Positions 1 through 14,822 of a DNA stretch of 64,000 nt are shown piece after piece. Numbering within the stretch: position 1 is the first letter of the stretch; each line of letters starts with the position of its first letter. The DNA is taken from assembly GCA_951406725.2 (NCBI GenBank), contig OX597827.1, positions 43,214,001 to 43,278,000 on the forward strand, given 5' to 3'. The translations under genes and the position numbers were made by a program. The notes below the pieces were generated by a model. The model did not search any database, had not been told where the DNA came from, and saw nothing but the letters and a program-made list of their open reading frames with translations. The stretch is from Octopus vulgaris. Its lineage: Eukaryota.

Positions 1-647
1 ACTTTATTTTTTTGTTTTTTCATATTTTTTTTTGTTTTGTTATTTTCTTCTTGAGTGTTCCTTTCATTTCCACAGGTTTTAAATGAGGTGGGCCTTTAAA
101 AACAAAACCATAAAAGAACTCTTATCTGGTCGCTCTTCTCTGGCCAGGTTTGAACTCGCGTCGGTCGTGTTCGTTGTCTTTCTTCAGTCCACATCATCAC
201 CATGCTTTCTTTTTCTCTCCTTCGTTTCTCCTACTCCTCCTCCCCTCCTCCTCCTCCTCCTCCTCTTTCTCCAGTCACTTCTTGATATGATCTTCTTCCT
301 CCCCCTTCAGTGTGTGTGTGTGTGTGTGTTTCCTTTTGTCAAATACTCTCACCGCACCTTCTACATTTCTCTTATTGCTCTATGTTTTTCTTTTCGCTGA
401 CCTTACCCCGCTGCCACCACCATCACTCTACCACTACTTCACCCATCCCTCTCTCTCTCTCTCTCTCACCCTTCCCCCCTCTCTCTCTCTATCTCTCTGT
501 CTATCTATTTATCTATCTTTCCCATTGGTCTTGATTCTGTACATCCAGTTATGTAAATAATAAAAAGTGTGTTTGGCAGTCTTCCCAATGATTTTCTTGT
601 CTGAATAGTGTTACCGTACATGTGTACATACTTGTGGTTTGTGTGTG

Positions 648-684
<37 letters not shown>

Positions 685-1197
685 ATATAGATGTGTGTAT
701 ATGTGTATGTGCATGCATATTTATCTGTGCATACGTATGTGTTTGCAAAGATGTGTATGTACATGTATGTTTGCATATGTATGTGTGTTTACATACGTAT
801 GTACGTACATACATACGTATATGCAGGTATATGCACTCACACTCGTGTCTGTAATGTGATTATTGTATGTGTGTGTGTGTGTGTGAGTGTGTGTGTGTGT
901 GTGAGGAGACACGTGTGGTCTGACACATCTCCATACACACACACACACACACATACACACACACAACTGACATAATTTAGCATATAAAAAAAGAGATACA
1001 AAACGAACGTCTGTACACACATACACACACACACACGCACACGCACACATACACACACACACACACGCACACATGTTGTCACAGAGACATCCACTCACAT
1101 GTATGCACGCAGGCCATAAATATTCTCCGTAACCTACCAAGAAAATGGTGTCCGTAATGGTTACGTAAGTGTATGCATTAATGAAAACTGGATGAGA

Positions 1198-1235
<38 letters not shown>

Positions 1236-1416
1236 CATACAGGCAGACAGGCCGACAGACAGATTGAGAAACAGACTGCAGGGTAGAAGTCTGAGAAAGG
1301 GGAGAGAGGTGGTGTTTGTCTGGGAAAGACAAGCGATGGAGCAAATGAGAGAATGAAGAGAAGATAGTTGGGCTGCAGAGTCTGTCTTTCTTTCTTTCTC
1401 TTTCTTTGTTTGTGTG

Positions 1417-1454
<38 letters not shown>

Positions 1455-1458
1455 ACGT

Positions 1459-1497
<39 letters not shown>

Positions 1498-1616
1498 ACT
1501 TTGTCTCTAGTCATACGCATATATTACATAGACTTGTAGTGGTTGAGGAGAAAAAGAGAAAGAGAGAGTGGGGAGAATAATGAGATAGATTTACAATATA
1601 TATATATATATATATA

Positions 1617-2020
1617 GGTGCAGGCGTGGCTGTGAGGTAAGGAGCTGGGTTTCCAACCACATGGTTCTGGGTTCAGGCCCACTGCGTGGCACATTAGGAG
1701 AATGTCTTCTACTTTAGTCTCAGATGGATTTGGTAGACGGAAACTGAAAGAAGCCCATCATATATATTCATATATATATATACATATATATGTGTGAGTG
1801 TAAATATATGTATATGTTTGTGCATCTCTGTTTGTTCACCCACCGTCGCTTGACAACCAATGTTGGTGTGCTTATGTCCCTGTAACTTAGTGGTTTGGCA
1901 AAAGGGACCGATAGAATAAGTCCTTAGGTCAATTTGTTTGTTCGACTAAAGGCGGTACTCCAGCATGGCCACAGTCATCTGACTGAAACGAGGGAGAAAG
2001 AGAGAAACAAGTAAAAGAAT
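1617..2020 (+). mobile_element. tRNA-headed SINE family A (CORE-like), full-length copy
   Basis: A-box/B-box-like head (gtggctgtgaggtaagg...ggttcagg), internal (TA/TG)n and tail ggcggtactccagcatggcc...gtaaaaga. More than 10 homologous copies occur in the window. Confidence 0.8.
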
Positions 2021-2037
2021 AAATATATATCATCATT

Positions 2038-2071
<34 letters not shown>

Positions 2072-2695
2072 TATACATGTCCAGCCCATGCCACCATGGA
2101 AAGTGGACATTAAGTGGTGGTGGTGGTGGTGGTGGTGGTGGTGGTGGTGATCATGATCATCATACATATATTGAGAGAGAGGGAGAAAGAGAGAAAGATG
2201 GATAGCAAGATGGATAGATAAATGACTTGATAAACAAAAGGAGAAAAGTAGTTGATAATATCGAGAGGGATAGGTCCTGAAACAGATACATAGACAAAGA
2301 GGGAGAGAGAGAGAGAGAGAGAGAGTGGGGGAGAGGTGGCGACTGAGGAATTCGATTTTGTGAAGAGGAGAAAAAGAGAGAGAGGGAGTAATTGAAAGAG
2401 AGAGAGAGGGAGTAATTGAGAGAGAGAGAGAGAGACGGAGAGAAGTGGAATGATAAAGAGAAATGGTGAGAACGACTGGTCTTTATCCACCCACGACTAC
2501 CCCCAACTACTGCCAAGTACTGCCAATGTGAAACAAACAGTGTGTGTGTGTTTGTGTGTGTGTGTGTTTGTGTGTGTGTGCATACATATGTGTCGTAAGT
2601 ATCCGCTTCGGATTAAATGTATAATAGTATAGGTTACGTAAGATTACAAGGACGTGTATCTCCATACTCCTCTGTGTGTGTATACATGTGTGTGT

Positions 2696-2750
<55 letters not shown>

Positions 2751-2919
2751 CATATATATGCTGCAGAGGTGGGCATTGTGCCAGCTGCATTTGTTGCATC
2801 TAGATTGCATAACAGAGCTTTGCAGAGAGCTGCCACTGAATGTCGGGCCACGTGTATTTTTATGTTGTGTCTGTATGTGTGTGTACATGTGTGTGCAAGT
2901 ACGTACTCGTATACTCAAT

Positions 2920-3504
<585 letters not shown>

Positions 3505-3781
3505 ACTGTTATTTATGTGTGTATCCATCTTGGCATTACATAGCTAGACCTCAGTTTTGTTCATTTGCTCTATAACTCAATGTAACTAGTGTGTGTGTGT
3601 GTGTGTGTGTGTGTATGCATATACACCCACACACAAGCAGAAGCTGGGAACAATAGTGCTCAGCTACAAAAGGTAGAGTAAAATGGTGTTTTAGTCAAGT
3701 CAGACAAACTTCACAAACTATTATTCAGTGTTTCACATAACCTTTCAGCGAGCAGTTGTGACGATACAGTCAATATATATA

Positions 3782-3840
<59 letters not shown>

Positions 3841-3859
3841 TTACATATATATCTACATA

Positions 3860-3975
3860 GGCACAGGAGTGGCCCACTGTGTGGCCCCTTGGGCAAGTGT
3901 CTTCTACTACAGCCTCGGGCCAACGAAAGACTTATGAGTGGATTTGGTTGATGGAAACTGAAAGAAGCCCATCGC

Positions 3976-4015
<40 letters not shown>

Positions 4016-4213
4016 TTGTGTCTGTTTGTACCCCCACTATTATTTGTCAGCCAACGATGGTGTATTTACATCCCCGTAACTTAGCGGTTCAGCAAAAGAA
4101 AATGATAGAATAAGTACTAGGCTTACAAAGAGCAAGTCTTGGGGTCGATTTGTTCAACTAAAGGTGCTGCTCCAGCATGGCCATAGTCAAACGACTGAAA
4201 CAAATAAAAGAAT
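3860..4213 (+). mobile_element. SINE family A copy with a deletion in the head
   Basis: Contains the CORE-like ccttgggcaagtgtcttctac motif and the family A tail. Confidence 0.8.
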
Positions 4214-4710
4214 ATATTGATTAAAATACGCTATGATTTAATTCAGCCATGTTGTTGTTGATGATGACAACGATGATGATGATTTTTTTGTTATTAACAA
4301 CAAGGGCACGGATGAGGGAAGACAACACATGGACAGAAAACAATTTGTGTGGGGATCTACATAAAAGGGGGCAGAGAAAGAAATGGAGAAGACAGTAAAA
4401 TGCGATAAAAGTTTACATGGTATACAATGTATGTGATAACATGAAACTGGAGGGACTCCAGCTAGGGGGCCAATCAAGGAATCACACAGGTCCAGGATGA
4501 CCCTGACCACAAAAGGCACGAGCCTGCTCGCCAATTTTGTTTTGTATATTTAAACAGATTAGGTGCTTATTTCTCTGCAGTTCAAATGCTACAAAAAAAG
4601 ACTCTGAGGAGAGCTCAATAAGGACCGAAAATTGATTAAGGCTGTTTATCATTTTTTGCATTCAAAGGAGAAGTGGTTAAATTAACCATGTTTGTATGTC
4701 TGCTATGTAG

Positions 4711-4765
<55 letters not shown>

Positions 4766-4782
4766 CAAACGCACACACACGT

Positions 4783-4815
<33 letters not shown>

Positions 4816-4900
4816 TATATATGAATTATGCAAATATTCATGGATATGTTCTTGTTGCCGTTAGTAATGGTGTCCTTTTTTTTTTTCTTGTATTTTGCAG

Positions 4901-5015
4901 GCGGGCCCATTTACGTCATTGTCTTGAAAACTTGAAAGATCTTGTGCCGTTGGGCCAAGACTGTACTCGGCACACAACACTAGGTTTATTAACTAAAGCT
5001 AAATCATTTATTAAG
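4901..5015 (+). CDS. MXI1: Mad/Mxi1 (MXD family) internal exon: end of basic region and helix-loop-helix
   Basis: A pyrimidine tract ends in ttttgcAG at 4900. The exon reads (g)[38 protein letters not shown] and is followed by the donor GTcagt at 5016. The peptide closely matches vertebrate Mxi1 ([32 protein letters not shown]). Phase 2 in, phase 0 out. Family assignment is firm; paralogue naming is nominal. Confidence 0.95.
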
Positions 5016-5110
5016 GTCAGTATTGATATTTTTTTTTTATCATCATGATATATTCATGCATATACCTGGAGACATACATGTGTCTTTGCATGTGTATATG
5101 TTAACATGTC

Positions 5111-5174
<64 letters not shown>

Positions 5175-5233
5175 AATATAAATATATATATTTAGATGTA
5201 TATAATATATACATTTATATATATATATATGTG

Positions 5234-5293
<60 letters not shown>

Positions 5294-5421
5294 TATATAT
5301 ATGTATATGTGTGAATATATATGTATGTATATGGATTTATGTATATATGTGTGTATATATATGTTTATATGACTATATATATATATATGTATGTATGTAT
5401 ATATATATATATCTATATATG

Positions 5422-5467
<46 letters not shown>

Positions 5468-5910
5468 TGCATATGATATATGTGTGAATATACATACATA
5501 CTATATATATAAATATAACCTAAACTTAAAGTTCTGTTTATCTGTAGATTTATTTTGTGTAGGCTAGACTCCGTTTTTGTCATGATAATATGTCCCACAT
5601 TGTGTACTCTTAGACACCTTGCGTACTCTTGTGAAAAATCTGAAGTGGAATTTAATCCCTAGAAGCCTTACAGTAGAAGAATTTTGCTTGACTGTTATAC
5701 CAATACATCACAAAAAAAAAGTCATCCCTCTTTCTAACAACAAAGAACACGAAAAGAATGTACTGAGCTTGACATGCACAAATACACACATACCTACACA
5801 CTGAACAGTACTCTTTGATAAAAACACAACTCATAAAAAACATACACATGGATATGCTCACTCTGAAATTCATAAAACATTTATACTAAAAGACATTTGT
5901 AAATACTAAC

Positions 5911-5942
<32 letters not shown>

Positions 5943-6360
5943 ACACACATATATATATATACACATATGTATATACACACACGTATATATATACACACAC
6001 ACACATATATATATATATATACACACATTTTTGAAAAGATTAGTAAGGATGGCTTTTTTTGGAGATAATTTTTATTTCAATAATAATCTTTACAAAACCA
6101 AATTTAAAATTATCAAAAAAAAAGCCATCTCTACTCATCTTTTCAAATATATAATACTGTACCAAGAACTTTCTTTTTCTTATTCTACTGTGTGTATATA
6201 CATATATATCTACATACCCTCTCTCTCTCTTTCGGAGAGGCACAAGCACCTACACGCACATATACACACACGGCAGTAACTTCCGCCTGCCAAATTCAAT
6301 CACAAAGCTTCGGTCGGCTCGGGGCTATAGCGGAAGACACCTACCCAAAATGCCACATAC

Positions 6361-6402
<42 letters not shown>

Positions 6403-6999
6403 ACTCACATACACACACACACACATATATATATATATGTACACACATACATACACATCCTGACTGACATTCGTTTACAAACTCCCATCCTGGAAAAGTT
6501 ATCAATTTTATGCCTTTTCATTAGCTCTTATTCTGTCTCAAAATTTTCATTCTCTCTAAACACTAGTCTGCTTGACTCCATTGCATTTGTCTCTCATATT
6601 GACACAGAGTTAGGTAGACGGATAGATTTCAATAAGACAATGGTAGAATGTACATGTAGTATGTGTATGTGTGTGTGCTATTATGGCAGTCCAGAAATAT
6701 AGGACGAATGCTGCCGCTGATTAGCTCCAAGAGGTCATTGCCTCTAGCTAGCTATGTGACACACGAACCTGTGTCCATTATAACCTTCGAACAGGGGAGA
6801 TCAGCTGCTTCTCCTTGCTGGTCAGGCATCTGCAGATTAGTTTCAGGGTATTTGCCCTTTATCAATGCAGAGCAGCCGAACCCAGCATATATATATATAT
6901 ATATAGTGTAGTTATGCACACTAGGTCATAATGTGCTTCCTTGCATTATTGTAGGTTTTAGATGATGCTTCCACACCGGTTAGGCAGACAGGCCAATAT

Positions 7000-7029
<30 letters not shown>

Positions 7030-7034
<5 letters not shown>

Positions 7035-7706
7035 TTAATGTTTATTTTCTATGCTGGCATGGGTTTGACAGCTTGACAGCTGCTGAAAGGCCCGATCCAC
7101 TGCACCCAGACCCACTGTCTGGTTTGGCATGGTTTTTACAGCTGGATGCCCTTTCTGATGCCAGTCACTTTACAGATTGGACTGGGTGGTTTCCACATGT
7201 CACCATCACTGGTGAGGTCTGTTTTGGCATGGGTTTTATGGCTGGATGCCTTTCCTTTACACACACATACAGACACACATATTTTCCTATATATGTGTAT
7301 GTATATGTGTACATATATATCATCATCGTTTAACGTCCACTTTCCATGCTAGCATGAGTTGGACGATTTGACTGAGGTCTGGCGAACCAGATGGCTGCAC
7401 CAGGCTCCAATTTGATTTGGCAGAGTTTCTACAGCTGGATGCCCTTCCTAACGCCAACCACTCCAAGAGTGTAGTGGGTGCTTTTACACGCCACCAGCAT
7501 GAGGGCCAGTCAGGCGGTACTGGCAACAGTCACGCTCAACTGGTGCTTTTTATGTGCCACCAGCACAGGAGCCAGTCCAGCGGCACTGGCAACGACCTTG
7601 CTCGAATGTTTTTTTGTGTGCCAGTAAGGCAACACAGGTAACGATCATGCTCGAATGGTGCTTTTTATGTGCCACCAGCACGGAAGCCAGTTTGTTGCTC
7701 TGGCAA
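7030..7706 (-). mobile_element. Two adjacent copies of retroposon family C, with (GAT)n tails
   Basis: Conserved catcgtttaacgtccacttttccatgc...ctacagctggatgcccttcctaacgccaaccac block, repeated near 17970, 19803, 24524, 28469 and 36966. The (CAT)n runs mark the 3' tail on the minus strand. Confidence 0.7.
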
Positions 7707-7965
7707 TGTGTGTGCATATATCAAATTTTACTAGGAAAAAGTTGGTAGTGACTGCGAAGTTTCATCTTACCAATGGCAACAGATAACACGACACTTCGTA
7801 GTCACTGTCAACGTTTTCCTCATACAAATACATCCTTACATCCTTACTCAGCTAAAAAGCTTTGTGTGATCCTTCAAGTTAATAATTCATAGCTTTTTAT
7901 GTATGACTTCACACAAAGCAAACGTTAACGTCTATCGATCTATATGTATACACACACATATGCAC

Positions 7966-8066
<101 letters not shown>

Positions 8067-9142
8067 TGTGTGTGTGTATATATATACACATATTAATACA
8101 GGTATACAATGATGAAGCGGAAGCAGGTCAGCGTGAAATGACGTAAGTGCAATTAACTGCAATTTGCAAGAACCACCGTGTATTCATTGAACAAGATTGC
8201 AACATTGCATCAAAACTATTTTTAGATGGAAGCAAAAGAGGAGCCTACATTCAGGGTGGACAGACCAATGCAGTTATGTTTGTGTGTGTGTGTGTGTGTG
8301 TAGTGTGTGTATGTATGCATGTGCATGTGTGTGTGGTTGTGGGTGGTGGTGTTTATTCTGCATATTAATATATTCCGTACTATGTTTGAAGTACATTTTC
8401 TTCTATTTCGAAATAAACAACACATACAAAAAAAAAAACAGCAAAAAAACAAATGTGTTTGAGGGTGTATATGTGTGTGTGTGGAGGGGGATGGGTGTAT
8501 TTGTTGTGTGTATAAATATATTCAGCAGTAAAAGCAGTGCCCAGCATGGCCACCGCCTCTGGCTGGAGCCAGTGAAAGTAAAGTGCTGGAAGTAATTTAT
8601 TGTGTGTGTATGTTTGTATAAATCCATCCTGTAACACCTGTGAAGTACTCTGTGTGTGTGTGTGTGTGTGTGCGCATGTATGCATGTGTGTGTGCATGCA
8701 ATCATGTGTGTGTTCCCACAGCCTGGGCGTGTTTGTAAGAGCATTGTTAAAGTACTCATAACATGTTGCTTTGAAATATTTGTAGAAGTGTCATTGACAT
8801 CGACTCAATTTCTCGCCACCCACAAGATAGACGATGCCAGTAAATTCAAGAAATATTTTCGTATGCAATGCAATATTAGTACACACACACACACAGACAT
8901 TCACATGTATATGTATGTGTGTATGTGCATATATGCATGTGTGCATATATTTATATATATATATATATACACATATTGAGGTATAGTGGAACAATGAGAG
9001 AAATAACTACATATATCTTCTTAATCATCCCCCAAAAAGTACCATTTTCACACACAAATGAAACTCTTGCAATTTTTCGGTCGATTAACAAAAAAATGTA
9101 TGTGTATATATAGATATATCTATATAAACACATATATATGCC

Positions 9143-9181
<39 letters not shown>

Positions 9182-9909
9182 CTCTATCTATATATATATA
9201 TATATATATATATATTTAAAGATAGCTAGATAGATAGATAGAGGCATATATATTTGTTTATATCTATCTATCTCTCTCTATCTCTCTATCTATCTATCTG
9301 TATATATATATATATATATGTAGTAAATCCCAAGAAATGAAGAGCAAGCTAAAAGCAACAACACGAGAACGTGGTACATGTAAAGTATTAGCAGATGCTC
9401 AGGGAAGGAAATAAAGATGGCTTAACGTTTTGAGCAAAGCTCATCTTCAAGTATACATACATACATACACACACACACATACGTACGTGCAAAAGAAACT
9501 GACATGGATTCTCCAAATCCAATCTATTAGCGGCACAGTGAAGATCTGTAAGACATTCCCAAAACTCTCCATCCAAGATTCTTATGTGAATGGATGCACA
9601 CACAACAGCTCTACCAACACACTCAATCACTTATTTACAAACATCGGGAGATCTCTTAACTCTAAAAGCCTTGTCACTTTGTTAGCGACTGGTTTGAACT
9701 CTCAAGAAGAACATAAATTAAACTCAATGAAAGAATACATTCATACATACATACATATATACATACATACATTATATTATATTTGAATATATGAATTTGA
9801 ACATTTTCTGACTTTGATCTGCTTTACTTAGAAGCTTATAATACAAATGTAAGCCACACACTGTTAATACAAATATTTAATCTTCTGTGTATGTATGTGG
9901 GTTTACAAG

Positions 9910-9943
<34 letters not shown>

Positions 9944-10116
9944 ATTTATATCTACAAATTTTACATCCAAGTTGTGTTATTGCCAACACATCTCTGAATT
10001 CCTGTACACCCGTGTGTGCAATACACATATGTTATATACAGATATATGTATATGCATGTGTATACATACATAGATAGATATAGATATTTATATATGCATA
10101 TATATCTTTATATCTA

Positions 10117-10149
<33 letters not shown>

Positions 10150-10209
10150 CTCTCTCTATATATATATATATATCTATCTATCTGTCTCTCTTATATATAT
10201 GCATATATA

Positions 10210-10258
<49 letters not shown>

Positions 10259-10869
10259 CATACCACACATACATATTTTTATTTAATACTTCATTGTTTT
10301 TTTTTTTAAATTTTATTATTTTATTCTATTTTATTTTGTTTTATTTTCATAAGCTATCTTGGGTGGGACAGTGTTTTGCAAAGTTTGTAGGAAATTTGTA
10401 AATTCGTTCTGCATCTCTTCAGTTCCCGTCGCTTGCCTTGCACCCCTTTTCTACCCTGCTCCTTCCGTGCGTTCATGTTTCCCTGTCACCCCCCCCCCCC
10501 CCCCCCAGTTGCAAGGCATTGGAGGACACATGGAATAAGAAGCAGTTATGGCTGGCAGCATGTGTGTGTGTGTGTGTGTGTGTGTGTGCTTGTGGGGTGG
10601 AGATGGGCGGGGGTGTGGGGCAGTATTCTAGAGGTTGCTCTGACCTCCACCCCCTCCACCCTCCTCTCGCATCTGTCTTTCCACTTGTTGAATACTTACC
10701 AAAATATTGGCCATGACTTATTCCTCCTCCACTTCACTCTTTGTTTTTATTCCTCATTTGATCACTCTTTCTCTCTCTCTCTCTCTTTTCTTCTCGCCCT
10801 TTCTCTCTCTCTCCCCCTCTCTCTCTCTGTTTTATCATTTTTCTCTTCTCTGGTCATGTTTTAATATTT

Positions 10870-11562
10870 TGGTTTGGTGGTGATGGTGGTGATGATGCTA
10901 ATTCATGGTGGTGGTGGTGGTGGTGGTGGTAGTAGTAGTAGTAGTAGTGGTGGTGGTGGTGTTGGTGCTGTTGCTGGTGGTAGTGGTGGTGCTGCTGCTG
11001 GTGGTGGTGGTGGTGGTGGTGGTAGTAGTAGTAGTAGTAGTGGTGGTGGTGTTGGTGGTGCCGGTGGTGGTGCTGCTGCTGTTGCTGGTGGTAGTGGTGG
11101 TGGTGCTGGTGGTGGTGGTGGTGGTGGTCATGATGATGGGTGTGGTTGCTGTGGTTCTGATACTAGGTGGGGGTGGGGGGACGGGGGGGTTGTAGTAGGA
11201 CTGAGGGGATGAGAATAGGAAGTGTTGTGTATGCATGCACTTGCGTGTGTATATGTGTGTGCATATGTGTGCACCTTATACATATACACATGTATGTATA
11301 TTCAATGTGTGTTTATACATACATACATACATCTATGTATGTAATTTATATATATATATCCACTCACATGGACTCTTATATATGAGAACATTGCTAAAGT
11401 GCTCAGCATGTTCATGTTGAGAAGAGTGTTGAACATGGTAAGAATATGTCAAGGACATCTACTCAGATTTCGGTCCTCTCCACACATACCCACCCCTGCG
11501 GAGGCTAGCCAGAGGGAAAGTCAAAATTTTTTATAACATTTTAATTAAATCAACCTTAAAAA

Positions 11563-11633
<71 letters not shown>

Positions 11634-13010
11634 ATTAACATGCAGGAAGAAAAGTTTTCCTTTATTTTTAGCTTCTACCACTGACTTTTGGGACATACTA
11701 TATATTGATTGTGGTGGTGGTGGTGGTGATGGTTGTGATGTTAGTGGTAGTTTTGGTGGTGGTGGTGGTGAGATTGTGGTGGTTGTGGTAGTTTGGTAGT
11801 GGTAGTGGAGGTTGTAGTGGTAGTGGTAGTTTTGGAAGTGGTTGTGGGGGTTGTAGTGGTAGTGGTAGTTTTGGTGATGGTGGTGGTTGTGGTGAAGGTT
11901 GTGGTAGTTTTGGTGTTGGTGGTGTTAGTGGTAGTTTTGGTAGTGGTGGTGGAGGTTGTGGCAATAGTACTGATGTTGGTGATGATGGTAGTGGTGGTGG
12001 ATGTGGTGGTGGTAGTTGTGGTGGTGGAGGCAGTGGTGACATTAGTGGCTGTGGTGTTAGTTGGTAGTTTTGGTGGTGCAGATGGTGGTGGTGTTGGTGA
12101 TGGTTTTGGTAGTGGTGGCCCTGGTGGTAGTAATGGTGATGGTTCGTTGTTACATATGTTGTACTTGGTGAACTAGCACTAGATGTGGTGGGGGTGGGGA
12201 TGGCAGTGGTGGTGGTGGTGGTGTCTGTTCTAGTGCGGTTATTGTTACTGCCTGTTCATTCCTGATCGATTGAGACCTATCTAAGAAGTTCCGGCCATGA
12301 CCCACTCGTTTCGTTTCCCACTTTTCCCTTTCTTTTTTTCCCCCTTTTGTATTTCTTTTTTGTTTTACATCTGTCAGAACATAACTGTTTATCTAAGACC
12401 TACATTTGGCTGCTATTTCTAGCTGTTTAATCAACCACATAAAAGTGTAGTGCTTGCAGTAGAGGTGGTTGTTTTCATACTGAGACTGGTCATGATGATG
12501 GTGGTGGTGGTGGTGGTTTTAGTGGTGATTGTGACTTTGGCAACAATGTTAGTGATGTTGGTGGTGGTAGTGGTGGGTGTGGTGGTGGTAGTGGTGATGG
12601 CAGTAGTGGTGGTGATGTGTGTGACTTTGGCAGCAATGGTAGTGGTGTTGGTGGTGGTGGTAATGATGATGGTGGTGGTAGTGAAAACGGTGGTGTGGTG
12701 GTGGTGCTAGTGGTGGTGGTGGTGGTGGCTGTAGTTTTGGCAGCCATAGTAGTGATGCTGGTGTTGATGGTAGAGATGGTGTTGATAGTGGTGGTGGTGG
12801 TGGTGGTGGTGGCAGCAGCTGTAGTGTTGGTGATGGTGGTGATGTTTGTGGCTTTGGCAGCAATTGTAGTGGTGTTGGTGGTAGTGGTGGTTGTGGTGGT
12901 GGCAGTTGTGGTGATGGTAGTGAAAATGGTGGTAGTGGTGGTGGTGGTTGTAGCTTTGGCAGCAATAGTAGTGAAGCTGGTGATGTTGATAGTGGTGGTA
13001 GTGGTTATGT
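10870..13010. repeat. Degenerate (GGT/GTA)n triplet-repeat fields with higher-order units
   Basis: Three fields at about 10870-11150, 11700-12130 and 12480-13010. The marker (g)actttggcagcaat recurs about every 90-115 bp in the last field. Confidence 0.85.
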
Positions 13011-13364
13011 GTCCCCCCCCCCCCCCGTGGTTGTATTTTCTGCTTCTGTAGCAATGTTTGGTAGTGGTTGTGTAGGTAGATAGGTAGGTAGGTAGGTAGG
13101 TGGTGGCAGTGGTGGTGATAGTGGGACTTTCAGGGAGAGAGATTTTTAGCAATCATCCCCCCACCCCCGCCCCTACATCACCCCACCCCACCCTCTCTTT
13201 TAGTTGTAGAATTGTTTATTTTCATTCACATGTCAGGGCGGGTGGGGGGGTGAGGCGTCTTTGTGTATCTGTGTGCGTGAGTGTGCAGTATCTGTGTGCG
13301 TGAGTGTGCACATGTGTGTGTCTGTCCGGTATGTTTGTAATGTAGAGTGTGTATATGTGTGTGT

Positions 13365-13695
13365 GTGTGGTGTAGTGCTTGTGTGTGTCTGTGTGTGTGT
13401 GTGTGTGGTGTGCTTGTGTGTGTGTCTGTGTGTGTGGTGTAGTGCTTGTGTGTGTGTGTGGTGTAGTGCTTGTGTGTGTGTAGTGCTGTGTGTGTGTGTG
13501 TGTAGTGCTTGTGTGTGTGTATATGTGTGTGTGGTGTAGTGCTTGTGTGTGTCTGTATGTGTGTGTGTAGTGTAGTGCTTGTGTGTGTCTGTGTGTGTGT
13601 GTGTGGTGTAGTGCTTATGTGTGTGTGTGTGTGTGTGGTGTAGTGCTTGTGTGTGTCTGTGTGTGTGTGTGTGGTGTAGTGCTTGTGTGTGTGTA
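13365..13695. repeat. Minisatellite: gtggtgtagtgctt core with variable (GT)n
   Basis: About a dozen tandem units of tgtagtgct(t) separated by GT dinucleotide runs. Confidence 0.9.
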
Positions 13696-14109
13696 TGCTG
13701 TTTGTGTAACATCTCCAAAGCTGACTTGATGTTTTGCAAATAATGTCATGGTCACATCCCCATGTTGGTGGAGGGGGTGGTGGTGTGACCGCTGGGTGGC
13801 GATGGTGGTGGTGGTGGTGGAAATTGAAGGTGATGATAAACTTAGAAAGGAAGCGGTGGGGAGGGGGTTACTTAATTAATGCTGGTGGTGATGGTGGTGG
13901 TGGTGGTGGTGATGTGGGGGGGGGTTGTTGTTGATGTTGGTCCTGTTGGTATTGGTGGTGTTGGCTTTTTTTTTTTGTCAGTAGAGCTTGCGGGGGGGGG
14001 GGGGGATGATGTGTGTGTGTGTGTGTGCTTATTTTCATAAGGGGAGGGAGGAGCGAGTGCAGTTGTTAAAGTGTAAGGCTGGTGTTGATGGTGAGGACGA
14101 GGAGTAGTT

Positions 14110-14140
<31 letters not shown>

Positions 14141-14440
14141 AGTAGAAAGAGAGAAGACAGACAGACAAACAGACATACAAGACAGTAGTGGTGATGGCAG
14201 TGGTGGCGGTGATGACGGGTGGGTGGAGGAAATGGGCGGGGGTGGGGCGGGGTAGGACTTCAGTGTTTTTATTTTATTGAAAATGTTACAAGGAGAAACT
14301 AAAACAATGCAAATATGTTACATATGTTATTTCAACACTGTCAGGCAGAATGGACCAGGCTGCTGCTGCTGCTGCTGGTAGCAATAGCAGCAGCAGCAGC
14401 AGTAGTAGTAGTAGTGGTAGTAGTAGTAATGGTGGTGGTG

Positions 14441-14485
<45 letters not shown>

Positions 14486-14822
14486 TAATGGTTGTGGTCG
14501 CGGTGACAGTGGTAGTAAGTAGTAATGGTGGTGGTAGTAGTGATGGTGGTGTTGGTAATAGTAGTAGTAGTAATGGTGGTGGTAGTGGTAGTAGTAGTAG
14601 TAATAATGGTGGTTAGTTGGTGGTGGTGTGGTTGTAATAATGTGATAGTGCTAGTGGTTAGGTGGTAAGTCGGTGGTGGTAGCTGGTAGTTATAGGTGAT
14701 AGTGCTGGTGGTTGTGTTTTTGCTGTTGTTGTTAAGCAGCAGGTACTGCTGCTAGCTGGGGTGGAGGGGGCTGGTGCTGTTGTTTATTTATCCCTAGGTT
14801 AGCTCCCAAAGGCATACTCTTA

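Noticed and set aside
76-87. Possible 12-nt microexon (cacAG-gttttaaatgag-GTgggc) after a long pyrimidine tract
   Set aside because: It does not encode the expected basic-region peptide (HNELEKNR-like) and gives an immediate TAA in the phase needed to join the HLH exon. The real upstream exons were not found in the window.
2850-2855. CACGTG E-boxes (also near 910, 16957, 17464, 32293) as autoregulatory Max/Mad sites
   Set aside because: Most arise where CA and TG repeats meet; no enrichment can be shown by eye.
11698-13152. Mucin-like Thr-rich, poly-Val and Pro-rich ORFs
   Set aside because: They arise from degenerate (GGT)n repeats that are open in several frames on both strands, inside an intron.
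13365-13695. CRISPR-like repeat-spacer pattern
   Set aside because: The spacers are just (GT)n runs in eukaryotic DNA; this is a minisatellite.
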